64,000 nt of DNA from Octopus vulgaris (Eukaryota): positions 68,200,001 to 68,264,000 of the forward strand of contig OX597830.1 in assembly GCA_951406725.2 (NCBI GenBank). The letters run 5' to 3'. Both the position numbers and the translations under genes were made by a program. Shown piece after piece: positions 60,873-64,000 of the stretch. Below the pieces are notes generated by a model. That model had not been told where the DNA came from, did no database searches, and worked only from the letters and a program-made list of their open reading frames with translations. Within the stretch, counting starts at the first letter, position 1. Each line of letters opens with the position of its first letter.

Positions 60873-61808
60873 TTGTGTCGAACATGAGCTGGACACAATA
60901 TACAGGTGGGCTGAGGACAACAACATGCAGTTTAATGCAGGTAAGTTCCAGGCCCTGCGCTACTGGCACACAAAGGTAAACGACGTGAAGACTGGATACA
61001 CTGGCCCAGGAAGAATTGCAATCCCTGAGTCAAAATCAGTGCGTGACCTGGGCATTGACATGAACAATGATGCATATTTCCAAGTGCATATTGCTAATCT
61101 GGTGATAAAATTCAGACGGCTAGCTGGATGGATTCTCCGAACTTTCAGAACAAGAGAGAAGGAGACACTGATGGTCCTATGGAAAACATTCGTCCTCAGC
61201 CGCTTGGACTACTGGTTCCAACTGTGGTCACCACACAATATAAAACTAACAGCGGAACTCGAAGCAATTCAGAGAAGCTACACAAAGAAAATCGTCTCAA
61301 TGCGAAATATCAGCTACTGGGAAAGACTGAAGGTATTAAACCTCTTCTCCCTGGAGCGGAGGCGGGAGAGATATGCGGTGATATACATCTGAAAAATCCT
61401 GGAGGGTCTTGTCCCAAACTTTGGCATTCAAAGTTACCCCAACCGCAGAACGGGGCGCCACTGCATGGTGCCAAGGATTCCAACATCACCATCAAAATAC
61501 AGGTCCAGATACTGCAACAGCTTGGGTTTCAGAGGACCACAGCTCTTTAACATCCTCCCTAAATGCCTGAGAGACATACATGGTGTGGATTTGGGTTTCT
61601 TTAAAACTAAACTGGATCTCTTCTTGTTGGGAGTCCCAGATGAACCTACCTCACGACAGGAGACGCGGATGCGGACAGGAGCATCGAACTCCCTTGTTGA
61701 TAAAGTGCCACGTATCAGAGGTGGATTCACAAATTAGTGTAGCTCGTTCAGCGGTGGTGCCCCAGCATGGCCGCGGCCTTCGGGCTAAAACAATTTTTAA
61801 GGATTTAA

Positions 61809-61810
<2 letters not shown>
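60873..61810 (+). mobile_element. CR1 family A-related 3' fragment
   Basis: [32 protein letters not shown], then the 3' hairpin. (TA)n on both sides. Confidence 0.92.
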
Positions 61811-61847
<37 letters not shown>

Positions 61848-61943
61848 CATATATATATATACATACATATAAATATATATACATATATATATATATATAC
61901 ATACATATATATATATACAAACATATGTATACATATATATATT

Positions 61944-61982
<39 letters not shown>

Positions 61983-62068
61983 CATATATATATATATACA
62001 TACATATATATATACATACATATATATATATACATACATATATATATACATACATATATATATATATG
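61811..62068. repeat. (TA)n microsatellite
   Basis: Directly visible. Confidence 0.95.
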
Positions 62069-64000
62069 ATTTAATTTTCATTTTGATTTTTCCAGTTTGC
62101 TACACGATTTTACCTCACGGATGCTTTTTAGCAAACGCCATCTAATGCATGAGAGAGTTCGTTGCAGCTGCCCTCATCTGCACCTCCTGCCGTGAAGTTG
62201 GTTCATCCAGGACACCTGACAGGAAGAGATCCAGTCCTACTTTAAAGACATCCGCATCTACACCATGCAGGTCCCTCAGGTTCTTCGGGAGGATATTGAA
62301 GAGCTGTGGGCCTCTGAAGCCCAGGCTATCACAATATCTTGTCCTACATCTTGATTGCAAATTTGGAGTCCTTGGTACTACGCAGTGGCGTCCGGTTCTG
62401 GCATTTGTGTGACTCTCGATGCCAAAGTCTAGGACAAGTCCTTCCAGGATCTTCCAGATATATACTATGGCATATCTTTCTCGCCTACGCTCCAGAGAAT
62501 AGAGCTTTAATCTCTTGAGTCTTTCCCAGTAGCTCATATGCTGCACAGAGGCTATCTTCTTCGTGTAGCTTCGTTGGATCGCCTCAAGTTCTGTGATCAA
62601 CTTGACACTAGATGGTGACCATAGCTGAGAGCAATAGTCAAAGTGGCTTAGGACAAGTGTCTTCCAGAGGACCATCATGGTTTCTTGTTCTCTTGTTCTA
62701 AAGGTTCTAAGAATCCAGCCAGCCAGCCGTCTACATTTCATTGCCAATTTAGCAACATGTACATGAAAGGTCGCGTCATCACTCATGTGAATACCCAGGT
62801 CACGCACTGATTGGTATCACGCACTGATAGTATAAAGCTTGAAACTTTTCAGCATTGAACTGCATGCTATTCTTTTCAGCCCACTTGTATATTTTGTCCA
62901 GCTCAAATTGCAGGCGTTTAGTGTCCTCAGGGTTTTGTATTGCCTGTGAAACTTTTGTATCATCTGCATAACTTGTGATCGTGGCTTTCTGCGTGGCTGA
63001 GGGCATGTCTGAGAGGGCCATTATGAACAGTAGTGGTCCCAGAACAGTGCCCTGCGGAACACCGCTCACTATTTGCGTGTTAATGGAAGTGGCTACTACC
63101 ACCTGACTTCTATCTTTCAGAAACTCATGAAGCCATTCTCCCAGTTTTCCAACTATGTTGAGATCACGCAGTTTCTGACTTATCATTCCATGATCGACTT
63201 TATCAAAGGCCTTTGCAAAGTCGAGATATATCACTTCCACATTTGAGTGGCTGAGCAGCCGTTTCAGCACCCAGTCATAGTGTTGTAGGAGCTGAGTTAA
63301 ACAGCTTCTCCCTGGTCGGAAACCATGTTGGGTGTCGGGCAGCAGATCATTCTCTTCAAGGAAGGTGATCAGTTTCCTTCTGACTATTCGTTCCATGACC
63401 TTGCTGATGTGTGAGGTCAGAGAGATAGGTCTGTAGTTCTTGGCCTCCGCTCTGCTACCTCCTTTATGAATGGGGCATATTTTACCTTCCTTCAGTTTTC
63501 TTGGAAGTTTGCCAGCTGCAAGGAAGCTCTGAAAGAGGAACTGCAGTGGTCTTGCTAGGACTTTCTTACATGCTTTTAGGAGGATTGCCGGGAATCCATC
63601 GGGGCCAGCAGCTGAGTCTGTTTTCATTTCATCTATAGCCTTGATTACATCGTCTTCCTTTATATCGATGTAGTCTATCGTCGCCACCTCTGATTTTATA
63701 TCTGCAGTGGTAAAGAAGTCAGTTGGATTGGTGATTTGGAGATGCCCAAGGGGTGGAGTGAAAACACTCTTGAATTGCTCATTCAGTATTTCACTTACCC
63801 TCATTGGTTTTCCTGTAAGTGTGCCATCCTTTTCAAGGAGTGGCCCTATTCTACAGTGCACCGTAGCTGTTTCTTTGGCATACCTGTAGAAAGCTGTGGG
63901 GTTAGATTTTATGTTGTCTATAGCCCAGGCTTCTTTGTCTGCTCTTTCTTTTTCATGGGAGAGTTACAGACATTTTTCGATTTCCAACAGTTTTATTTTT
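62069..64000 (-). mobile_element. CR1 family A LINE (runs off the right edge), close sister of 15850-18951
   Basis: ORFs 62800..63861 (YLDFAKAFD, YADD) and 62142..62807; small deletion near 62815. Confidence 0.95.

Overview
AT-rich, repeat-dense animal genomic DNA; the SINE/RTE/CR1 families and very long (TA)n tracts suggest a cephalopod, most likely Octopus (inference). The only host gene I can support is a minus-strand TRPM-family cation channel (TRPM2-like). Seven GT-AG exons between 47290 and 684 splice in frame to give its N-terminal MHR1/2 (SLOG) region, and the gene continues past the left edge of the window. The introns hold transposons: RTE, CR1-clade and R4/Dong-type LINEs, SINEs, Tc1/mariner, hAT and Chapaev-like DNA transposon relics, and a nested Gypsy relic. 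The most unusual structure is a ~16-kb stack of LINEs (10.35-26.64 kb) separated only by (TA)n microsatellites. Within it, flanking sequence appears up to three times as an inverted copy across a (TA)n spacer. Two CR1 families and a SINE also share a covarying 3' hairpin+GAAAC signal. I found no prokaryote-type system (CRISPR, operon, rRNA). All family assignments come from motif recognition, not database searches, and repeat boundaries are approximate.
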